Position numbers and translations under genes: made by a program. The notes below the pieces were generated by a model, which saw only the letters and a list, made by a program, of their open reading frames with translations, was not told the DNA's origin and did not search any database. A stretch of DNA of 32,000 nucleotides from an uncultured Chloroflexia bacterium (GTDB lineage: Bacteria > Chloroflexota > Anaerolineae > Anaerolineales > Anaerolineaceae): the NCBI GenBank assembly GCA_963704755.1, contig OY969938.1, positions 1,860,001 to 1,892,000 of the forward strand. The letters are read 5' to 3'. Positions 1-6,942 of this stretch are shown here, piece after piece. The stretch's first letter is position 1. Each line of letters opens with the position of its first letter.

Positions 1-1
1 C

Positions 2-349
2 CTGGATGAGGCTGACCGCCTGTGTGACCGCATCGGCATCTTCAAATCCCGCCTGATCGTGATCGATACGCCCGAAAAGCTGCGCCAGAAATTGTATGGC
101 CGGCGGGTGGTGTTCCACCTGGCCAATCTCGACCCGGCCTGGAGCGACCTGTTGAAGCAAAACGAGTTCGTCCACGAGATCCAGGTGGTGGAAAACCGCC
201 TGATCGTCAGCCTGGACGATCCCGAATCTCAAAACCCGGCCCTGGTACGCCGCCTGGTCGAAGCCGGCGCCGAGATCCAGTTCGTAGGTGAGCTGCGCCA
301 CTCCCTGGAGGACATCTACCTGCAAACCATCCAGAACGGGGAAGAGTAA
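2..349 (+). CDS. ABC transporter ATP-binding protein, C-terminal part (5' end lies outside the window)
   Basis: The frame is open from position 2 with no start codon. It reads LDEADRLCDRIGIFKSRLIVIDTPEKLRQKLYG..., the region after Walker B / H-loop typical of ABC-2 (DrrA/CcmA-like) ATPases. Stop TAA is at 347-349, and a permease gene follows directly. Confidence 0.75.
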   Translation: MDEADRLCDRIGIFKSRLIVIDTPEKLRQKLYGRRVVFHLANLDPAWSDLLKQNEFVHEIQVVENRLIVSLDDPESQNPALVRRLVEAGAEIQFVGELRHSLEDIYLQTIQNGEE

Positions 350-416
350 GGAGGCAGCCATGAACCACATCCGTACAATCATCGATAAAGAATAGTCCGA
401 AGTCTTCAAGAATAAG

Positions 417-1268
417 ATGGTCCTGTTCACGATCATCTTTATCCCGCTCTTGTTTACGGCCATGCCGTTGATTATGCTTTCGGTGATGGGCTCGACCATG
501 TCTGGGGCAACCAGCAGCAGCAGTAGCGACGTTCCAGAGGCCTTCCTGGCCGTCTGTGGCAGCATGAGCGGCAGCGACTGCATGCAGGTCTACCTCATCA
601 ACGAGTTCCTGATCCTGTTCATGCTTATGCCGGTGATCATCCCGATCACCATCGCCGCCTACAGCGTGGTCGGCGAGAAAACCACCCGCAGCCTGGAGCC
701 GCTGCTGGCCACCCCGGTGACCACCGAGGAACTCCTGGCCGGCAAAAGCCTGGCCGCCGCCCTTCCGGCGATCGTGGCGACCTGGGCCAGCTTCTTTATC
801 TTCGTGCTGCTCATCCCCGTGACCGGCGCCAGCCAGATGGTCCGCCAGTATGTGATCGGCCCGACCTGGCTGACCGGCGTTCTGCTGATCGGCCCGTTGA
901 TGGCCATCGCAGCGGTGAACTTCGCCATTATGGTCTCCTCGCGGGTGAACGATCCGCGGGTGGCCGAGCAGCTCTCGGCCGTGATTATCGTACCGATCCT
1001 GGGATTGATGTTTGCCCAGATCGCCGGTGTCATCGTGATCAATCAGCGCCTGATCCTGCTGGTGGCCGGCGGTTTCGTCCTGGCCGATTTCGCCCTGATC
1101 TTCCTGGGTGCGCGCCTGTTCCAACGTGAGACCATCCTGAACTCGCTGGAAGTGAACCATGAACACCAAGAAATCCATCTCATTACCCATTTCCATCTTC
1201 GCCGGCCTGGCCGCACTGCTCCTCAGCCTGGTTCTGTTTTCCCCTGCCCTGGCCCAGGCGGGCTATAA
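417..1268 (+). CDS. ABC-2 type transporter permease (NatB-like), possibly damaged at both ends
   Basis: Polytopic membrane protein with about 6 hydrophobic segments, sitting directly after the ATPase. The same frame is open from ATG 360 (RBS AAGGAGG 348-354) but carries TAG at 393-395. The last 110 nt overlap the next gene. See findings. Confidence 0.6.
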   Translation: MVLFTIIFIPLLFTAMPLIMLSVMGSTMSGATSSSSSDVPEAFLAVCGSMSGSDCMQVYLINEFLILFMLMPVIIPITIAAYSVVGEKTTRSLEPLLATPVTTEELLAGKSLAAALPAIVATWASFFIFVLLIPVTGASQMVRQYVIGPTWLTGVLLIGPLMAIAAVNFAIMVSSRVNDPRVAEQLSAVIIVPILGLMFAQIAGVIVINQRLILLVAGGFVLADFALIFLGARLFQRETILNSLEVNHEHQEIHLITHFHLRRPGRTAPQPGSVFPCPGPGGL

Positions 1269-1944
1269 GGTAGTCGTCCACCGTGATTTTGGCTACGGCG
1301 GTTTCAACAACGACATCCGCGGGAATTTCACCATCTCAATTTCCGGCGACGCCACGGCAGTTGCCTCGGTCGAATTCACCATCGACGGGCAGGAAATGAG
1401 CACCGTCAGCCAGGCGCCCTTCAAATACAGCTTCGTGACCGGCGATTACCCGGATGGAATCCACGAAATGGGCGCCGTGGTCACCCTGAAGGACGGGACA
1501 ACGCTTAACCCCACGCCTGAATCGTATAACTTTATCTCCGCTAACGCCGAACAGGTTAATATGGGCCAAATTCTCTGGCCCTTGTTGGGGATTATCGTGG
1601 CGGTGATCGCGATCGTGATCCTATCGCAAGTGCTGGCCAGCCGGCGCGGGCTGGCTCATGTGGAGCCGGGTACCCAGCGCAATTACGGCATCGCCGGTGG
1701 TGCGGTTTGCCCCAAATGCGGGCGGCCTACCCCGCTGCACATGATGAGCATCAACCTGTTGGCCGGTAAGTACGACCGCTGCGAGAACTGCGGCAAGTGG
1801 AGCGTCATGCGCCGGGCCAGTATCGCCGATCTGCGCGCTGCCGAAGAAGCCGAAGCCGCCGCGAGCAAGCCCACCGACCTGCCCGAGAAGAGCGAAGAAG
1901 AAAAACTGCGCGATATGCTGGATAAATCGAAATATATGGATTGA
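1159..1944 (+). CDS. Secreted or membrane-anchored protein with signal peptide, Ig-like domain, one TM helix and a C-terminal CxxC...CxxC zinc ribbon
   Basis: N-terminus MNTKKSISLPISIFAGLAALLLSLVLFSPALAQA is a classical signal peptide. VEFTIDGQEMSTVSQAPFKYSF...DGIHEMGAVV resembles bacterial Ig-like domains. A hydrophobic helix ILWPLLGIIVAVIAIVILSQVL follows, then CPKCGRP...CENCGKW. Function unknown. Confidence 0.6.
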   Translation: MNTKKSISLPISIFAGLAALLLSLVLFSPALAQAGYKVVVHRDFGYGGFNNDIRGNFTISISGDATAVASVEFTIDGQEMSTVSQAPFKYSFVTGDYPDGIHEMGAVVTLKDGTTLNPTPESYNFISANAEQVNMGQILWPLLGIIVAVIAIVILSQVLASRRGLAHVEPGTQRNYGIAGGAVCPKCGRPTPLHMMSINLLAGKYDRCENCGKWSVMRRASIADLRAAEEAEAAASKPTDLPEKSEEEKLRDMLDKSKYMD

Positions 1945-1946
1945 AT

Positions 1947-2047
1947 GATCAAAGGAATGTCGCAAGAAATGCGACATTCCTTTGATCCGGCAGCTAAAGC
2001 TGCCCCTACAAGTACACAAAGCCCCACCTTCGTGGGGCTCCTTTCTT
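1947..2047 (+). terminator. Three consecutive stem-loops downstream of 1159..1944, the last with a T-rich tail (probable intrinsic terminator)
   Basis: First: a perfect 18-bp stem, 1947-1964 with 1970-1987, loop AGAAA. Second: GGCAGC-TAAA-GCTGCC at 1989-2004. Third: GCCCCAC-CTTC-GTGGGGC at 2021-2038, followed by TCCTTTCTT. Confidence 0.5.
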
Positions 2048-2125
2048 AACCAGGCCCACAGGCTATGTGTTTTTGGTGCCATGACCTTGGTTGCTTAACG
2101 AACTGGAGATCAATTTTCGGATCGA

Positions 2126-2205
2126 TCGGCACTGCGGGCGAGCGCAACTTAACGCCTTCTCCCTCCGCGAAGCGTGGAGAAGGCTGGGATGAGGGTAAAC
2201 GCCGG
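2126..2205. repeat. Dispersed repeat family F2, copy 1 (nested hairpin with GCGAAGC apex)
   Basis: TTAACGCCTTCTCCCTCCGCGAAGCGTGGAGAAGG (2149-2183) is identical to 22168-22202, and the flanks are also similar. CCTTCTCC (2155-2162) pairs with GGAGAAGG (2176-2183). The inner mini-hairpin is CGC-GAA-GCG. Confidence 0.85.
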
Positions 2206-2340
2206 CCATACAACGCGCACGCCTATGGATGAGATCCAGCCCCTATCCAGATTTGTCCCGGTGAGCCAGGCATCTGGTCCGACTAAACCGGAAAATTTGA
2301 TTTTTCCAAACCAAAACAGAATAGCCATTCCAATTCTTCC

Positions 2341-2417
2341 GTAGGGGCGAAGCAGCCGGCGGGCGGGCTTGGATTGGAAATGGCTATTGGCTCCGGCTGC
2401 TTCGCCCGCTGCGCTGG
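2341..2417 (-). repeat. Structured repeat family F4, copy B (inverted orientation)
   Basis: Perfect 15-bp stem: GGGCGAAGCAGCCGG (2345-2359) with CCGGCTGCTTCGCCC (2393-2407), 33-nt loop. The reverse complement aligns along about 78 nt with 8318-8396, including the trailing CCCCTAC. Confidence 0.85.
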
Positions 2418-2490
2418 CCGGAATACGAACTGGGGATTACATCCGGCCTTTTGTTTTTCCAGCCAAATCTTGATAAAGCCTTTTGTAATA

Positions 2491-2563
2491 GCGGGAGAAG
2501 CGGCCGGTAGATAGGTTCAGGTTTGTAGCATGAACCATAGCCCGGCTGCTTCTCCCCTACACC
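2491..2563 (+). repeat. Structured repeat family F4, copy A
   Basis: 15-bp stem: GGGAGAAGCGGCCGG (2493-2507) with CCGGCTGCTTCTCCC (2542-2556), containing one G-T pair. The 34-nt loop holds an inner hairpin GGTTCA...TGAACC. It is followed by CTACACCGGAT, as in copy C. Confidence 0.8.
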
Positions 2564-2740
2564 GGATAACGTAAAATGGGGTATTGCTCCCAGGCGCATA
2601 TTTCGTTTTGAAGAGATATTGGTTCTTGCATTGCCTGGAGCGCCGATATACTCGGCTGTTTGGACCAAAAAGTCTACACCCAATCAGTCGGCCGGTAAAT
2701 TGAAATTCGCTCTTCGTCGGTGCGCTAAAGCCTACCCGAC

Positions 2741-2789
2741 TATTCTCTATTTTCTATTCTCTATTTTCTATTCTCTATTCTCTATTTTC
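2741..2789. repeat. Heptamer microsatellite (TATTCTC/TATTTTC) x7
   Basis: Read directly: tattctc tattttc tattctc tattttc tattctc tattctc tattttc. It abuts the stop codon (2793-2795) of the minus-strand epimerase gene. Confidence 0.95.
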
Positions 2790-2792
2790 TCT

Positions 2793-3794
2793 TCATCCAA
2801 CCGCCCCACTGGCCTTGAACCACTCATACGCATCGCGGATGGCCTGGTTGACGTCGTAACGGGGCTCGAACCCCAATTCTTCGCGTGCCCGGGTCGTATC
2901 GTAATAGAAAAAATACCCGGCCAGGTGCAACTGGCTGGCCGAGACCGGCAAAGGCAGCACCTTTTGAACCAGGCGTAACGGCCGGGCCAGGGATCGCGCC
3001 AGGCCGGCCGGCAGTACGACCGCAGGGACGGGCGCGCCCACGATCTCGGCGATGCGCTGGATCAGGCCGGTTGTAGTCAGGTTCTGGCCCCCCAGGATGT
3101 AGCGCGCTCCACACCGCCCGTGCTCCAATGCCGCCAATTGACCGGCCACCACGTCGGCCACGTGAATGACGTTCAATCCGCCATCCACGGTTACCGACAC
3201 GCGCTTCCTGGCAACCTGCACCACCACTGAACTGGTCTGGCGGTAAATGTCCCCGGGGCCCATGACCGAGGTTGGGTTGACGATCACCACGTCCAACCCG
3301 GCTGCGACGGCCCGCTGAACTTCCAACTCGGCCAGGTATTTTGCGTAACCATACGGCCAGTAGTCGGCTCGATAATTCCAGGTCTGGTATTCGTCGATCA
3401 GGCTGGGGTTGGCCCATGGACCCGGCAAGGAATGGGGAACACCCAGGGCCGAAACCGAGCTGGTGTGCACCACCCGCGTGACGCCGGCGTCCAGGGCGGC
3501 CTGCATCACCGCGCGCGTCCCTTCCACCGTGATGGCATAAAACCGGCCGGGATCGTCCTCACTGTTCCCCTGCAAAGCGGCCGTGTGAAAAACCACGTCG
3601 ATGCCCTGCATGGCCGGCGGCAAGGTCTCGGCATGGGTCAGGTCGCCGCTGACGTGTTCCACCGGCAGATCGGCTAATAAGCGCAAATTGCTGGCCGGGC
3701 GCAGAAAAGCGCGCACCTCGAAACCCTGGTCCAGGAGCGCCCGGCACAGGGCCGAACCGATGAATCCTTCAGGCCCAGTGACCAGGGCTTTCAA
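2793..3794 (-). CDS. NAD-dependent epimerase/dehydratase family protein (extended SDR)
   Basis: Rossmann motif VTGPEGFIGSAL at the N-terminus and YxxxK (YGYAKYLAE). Start is TTG with AGGAGG about 9 nt upstream. Length is 333 aa. Substrate unknown. Confidence 0.85.
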   Translation of the reverse strand: MKALVTGPEGFIGSALCRALLDQGFEVRAFLRPASNLRLLADLPVEHVSGDLTHAETLPPAMQGIDVVFHTAALQGNSEDDPGRFYAITVEGTRAVMQAALDAGVTRVVHTSSVSALGVPHSLPGPWANPSLIDEYQTWNYRADYWPYGYAKYLAELEVQRAVAAGLDVVIVNPTSVMGPGDIYRQTSSVVVQVARKRVSVTVDGGLNVIHVADVVAGQLAALEHGRCGARYILGGQNLTTTGLIQRIAEIVGAPVPAVVLPAGLARSLARPLRLVQKVLPLPVSASQLHLAGYFFYYDTTRAREELGFEPRYDVNQAIRDAYEWFKASGAVG

Positions 3795-3836
3795 TGGCTT
3801 GCCCTCCTGCCATTCTTGATCGGGTGTCCGGGCATT

Positions 3837-5057
3837 TCAGTCCCCCGCCCATTCCACCAGGGTCGCTTCCCCCTGGCCGACGCCCACGCATAGGGTCGCC
3901 AGGCCGTAATACGGCCGGGCTGCTTGCGGCGCGCGCCGGCGCATCTCGTGAATCAGTGTGGTCAGGATGCGCGCGCCGGAACAGCCCAGCGGATGCCCCA
4001 GGGCGATGGCCCCGCCGTTGACGTTGACAATCTCTTCCGGCAGGCCAAGCTCGCGAATCACCGCCAGGGATTGGACGGCAAAGGCTTCGTTCAGTTCGAC
4101 CAGCCCGAGTTGGTCCAGCGCGATGCCGGTGCGGGCCAGCAGCTTGCGCGTGGCCGAGACCGGCCCCATGCCCATAATCCGCGGCGGCACGCCCGCCGCC
4201 GCCGAACCGATCACTCGCACCAGTGGCTTTAATCCCAATTGGGCGGCTTTTTCAGCGCTCATCACCAGCAAAGCCGCCGCCCCATCGTTTACACCCGACG
4301 AATTGCCGGCGGTGACGGAGCCGCCTTCGCGGAAAACCGGCTTCAGCCGCGCCAGGGCCTCCAGGGAAGTATCCCGGCGGGGACGTTCGTCCACGCTGAC
4401 CCAGAGCGGGTCGCCTTTGCGCTGCGGGATAGGCACCGGCAGGATTTCTTCGGCGAATTTGCCCGAATCGATGGCCGCTACCGCGCGCTGGTTGGAACGC
4501 AAGGCAAAGGCGTCCTGGTCCTGGCGCGAGATGCCGGTCATATCGGCGATATTCTCGGCCGTTTCGCCCATCGATTCGATCCCATAGGTCTTTTCCATCA
4601 GCGGGTTAGGGAAGCGCCAGCCCAGGGCCGTGTCCCAGGCGGTCAGGTGCCCGCGTTGGTAGCCCTTATCGCCCTTGGGCAGGGCATAGGGTGCCCGCGA
4701 CATACTTTCCACCCCACCGGTGACAAAAATATCCCCTTCGCCGGCGCGGATGGCCCGGTTGGCCATATTGACCGCCGTCAGCCCGGAGGCGCACAGGCGG
4801 TTGAAGGTCACCCCGGCCACCTCGACCGGCAAGCCGGCCAACAGACCGGCCATGCGGGCCACGTTGCGGCTGTCCTCACCGGACTGGTTGGTGCAGCCGA
4901 AATAAACCTCTTCGACTAAAGCGGGATCGAGGTGATTGCGCTCGATCAGCGCTTTGATCACATGCGCGGCCAGATCATCCGGGCGCACGGCCGCCAGTGA
5001 CCCACCCAGCGCCCCCACCGGCGTACGAATTGCATCGATGATAACCACATCGGACAT
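3837..5057 (-). CDS. Acetyl-CoA C-acyltransferase (thiolase; PaaJ/PcaF-like)
   Basis: Thiolase hallmarks are present: NRLCASGL (nucleophilic Cys), [41 protein letters not shown] and LCVGVGQG near the C-terminus. Length is 406 aa. Confidence 0.93.
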   Translation of the reverse strand: MSDVVIIDAIRTPVGALGGSLAAVRPDDLAAHVIKALIERNHLDPALVEEVYFGCTNQSGEDSRNVARMAGLLAGLPVEVAGVTFNRLCASGLTAVNMANRAIRAGEGDIFVTGGVESMSRAPYALPKGDKGYQRGHLTAWDTALGWRFPNPLMEKTYGIESMGETAENIADMTGISRQDQDAFALRSNQRAVAAIDSGKFAEEILPVPIPQRKGDPLWVSVDERPRRDTSLEALARLKPVFREGGSVTAGNSSGVNDGAAALLVMSAEKAAQLGLKPLVRVIGSAAAGVPPRIMGMGPVSATRKLLARTGIALDQLGLVELNEAFAVQSLAVIRELGLPEEIVNVNGGAIALGHPLGCSGARILTTLIHEMRRRAPQAARPYYGLATLCVGVGQGEATLVEWAGD

Positions 5058-5074
5058 AAAATACCTCGGGAGAA

Positions 5075-5213
5075 AGCTGTTAGCGATTAGCTAGTAGCTG
5101 TTAGCTATTGGCTTTTAGCTATCAACATTTAATATGAAGCATTTAGTAATTATAGATCAGCAAGCATCTATCAGGGAACAGCTAACGGCTAACAGCTAAC
5201 AGCTAACCGCTAG
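5075..5213. repeat. Two inverted arrays of GCTAACN heptamers flanking an AT-rich core
   Basis: Left arm 5075-5123 is (NNTTAGC)x6: tgttagc gattagc tagtagc tgttagc tattggc ttttagc. Right arm 5178-5213 is gctaacg gctaaca gctaaca gctaacc gctag, its reverse-complement unit. The right arm overlaps the guaB stop (5210-5212). Confidence 0.9.
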
Positions 5214-6664
5214 ATAATATTCACATCGTGCGAGCCGGATTCTTTCTGGCCGGCTTCGGTTACGCGGATGAACTCGGCTTTCTCCCACAACTCTTCGATA
5301 GAGTGGGCTCCTACGTAGCTCATCCCGGAGCGCAGGCCACCGACCAGTTGATGCAAAATATCACGCACGTCGCCGCGGTAAGGCACCAGCGCCTCGACGC
5401 CCTCGGGCACCACCTCGCTCCACAGTTCCTCCGAATATTCTTCGTCACGAGATTGGACATCCATGCGCCGGCGCTCCACGTTGGCCGAAAGGGAAGCCAT
5501 GCCGCGCACGACCTTATAGCGGCGCCCCTGCCGCACGATCTCGGCCCCGGGGGCTTCATCCGTGCCGGCCAATGACGAACCCAGCATGGCCGTGCTGGCC
5601 CCGGCGGCGATGGCCTTGGTCAAATCACCCGAGGTGCGGATACCCCCATCCGAAATAACCGGCACGTTGAGCTTGTGGGCCGTTTCGGCCGAATCGATCA
5701 CGGCGGTTAACTGGGGTACCCCCGATCCGGAGACGATGCGGGTGATGCAGATCGAACCGCCCCCAACACCTACCTTGACCGCGTCCGCGCCGGCGCCGGC
5801 CAGCTCGCGCACGCCTTCACCGGTGGCCACATTCCCGGCGATTACCGGTACCTGCGGAAAGGCCTTCTTCAGCCGGCCGACCATGCGGATGGTGTGGTCC
5901 GAGTGCCCGTGGGCAATATCGACCACCAGCACGTCCGCGCCTGCCTCGACGCAGGCGGCCGCCCGCTCCATGTCCTCGCTGCGCACCCCGATAGCAACCC
6001 CTACCTGCAGGCTGCCCTGCTCGTCCTTGGTGGCGTAGGGATGTTCCTTGAGCTTGACGATATCCTGCACTGTAATCAGGCCGACCAGGTGATCTTCCCC
6101 ATCGATCAAGGGCAGCTTTTCCACCCGGCCCTCGTGCAGCTTTTGCTCGGCCTGGTCAACGCCTTCGCCCGGCCCGGCCACGACCAGCCGTTCGCGCGGT
6201 GTCATGACCGTCTTTACCGCCGCTTTTCCATCTTTAGCCAGCAGCAAATCGCGGGTGGTCACCACCCCGATCAGGCGGTTTTCGTAATCGACCACCATCA
6301 GCCCGCCCACGTCCTGGCGGTGCATCACCAGGCGAGCTTCATCGATGCTGGCTTGCGGCCCGATCTTGAGCGGGTTGAGCACCACCAGGCTTTCGGCGCG
6401 CTTGACCCGCAGCACCTGTTCGGCCTGGTGTTCGATGCTCATGAAGCGGTGCAGGATGCCAATACCCCCCTGCTCGGCCATGGCGATAGCCATAGCGGCT
6501 TCGGTGACCGTATCCATGTTGGCCGAAATGATCGGCACGTGCAGGCGAATGCCCGGCACCAGCGTGCCGGAGGTATTGACATCGTTCCGTGAGCGAATAT
6601 CCGAGTACTTGGGAACCAATAGAACGTCATCGAAGGTCAGGCCGATATCGGGGCGAATTTTCAT
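5210..6664 (-). CDS. guaB: IMP dehydrogenase
   Basis: MKIRPDIGLTFDDVLLVPKYSDI is an IMPDH-type N-terminus. An inserted CBS pair is present, along with the catalytic loop VGVGGGSICITR, GGIRTSGDLTKAIAAGA, and the C-terminal flap. ATG 6664 is preferred over the upstream in-frame Met codons listed in the ORF track. Stop is TAG. Confidence 0.92.
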   Translation of the reverse strand: MKIRPDIGLTFDDVLLVPKYSDIRSRNDVNTSGTLVPGIRLHVPIISANMDTVTEAAMAIAMAEQGGIGILHRFMSIEHQAEQVLRVKRAESLVVLNPLKIGPQASIDEARLVMHRQDVGGLMVVDYENRLIGVVTTRDLLLAKDGKAAVKTVMTPRERLVVAGPGEGVDQAEQKLHEGRVEKLPLIDGEDHLVGLITVQDIVKLKEHPYATKDEQGSLQVGVAIGVRSEDMERAAACVEAGADVLVVDIAHGHSDHTIRMVGRLKKAFPQVPVIAGNVATGEGVRELAGAGADAVKVGVGGGSICITRIVSGSGVPQLTAVIDSAETAHKLNVPVISDGGIRTSGDLTKAIAAGASTAMLGSSLAGTDEAPGAEIVRQGRRYKVVRGMASLSANVERRRMDVQSRDEEYSEELWSEVVPEGVEALVPYRGDVRDILHQLVGGLRSGMSYVGAHSIEELWEKAEFIRVTEAGQKESGSHDVNII

Positions 6665-6942
6665 AGGACACCTCATGAATAATTGTTGGACGATAAGACG
6701 ATCCATACTGGGGCTCACCCCAGCCCGGCTCATTCCCCCACTACCCAGGCAAAATGAAGGGACCTGGATGCTGCCTGAGTCCCGAATTTGCCGGTTAATG
6801 TTGATTTATGATGGATGGGAGGAAATGGCCATAACCGGTGTGAGATTGCTAAGAACCGGCTGGTTGTGAGAAAAACCAGGCAAGCGCCATCCCCGGTCAA
6901 GGCCGGGTCTGCAACCTGCGTAAGCTATTGTACAATACAACC

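Noticed and set aside
393-395. TAG as a recoded sense codon (pyrrolysine or amber suppression).
   Set aside because: TAG is used as the ordinary stop of guaB (5210-5212) and of the oxidoreductase (26920-26922). No pyl genes or recoding signals are visible.
207-1196. 329-aa minus-strand ORF antisense to the ABC ATPase and permease genes, and similar long ORFs such as 659..1042, 5562..6038, 5894..6592, 6961..7563 and 12748..13227.
   Set aside because: Their composition is Arg/Gly/His/Asp/Pro-rich and not protein-like. They are fully antisense to or out of frame with genes that have clear family signatures. These are typical shadow ORFs of high-GC DNA.
2384-2978. ORFs 2384..2683 (-) and 2619..2978 (+) in the long spacer.
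   Set aside because: Both read through hairpin repeats and the heptamer microsatellite (giving ...ILYFLFSIFYSLFSIF...). The second also overlaps the 3' end of the epimerase gene antisense. Neither has family resemblance.
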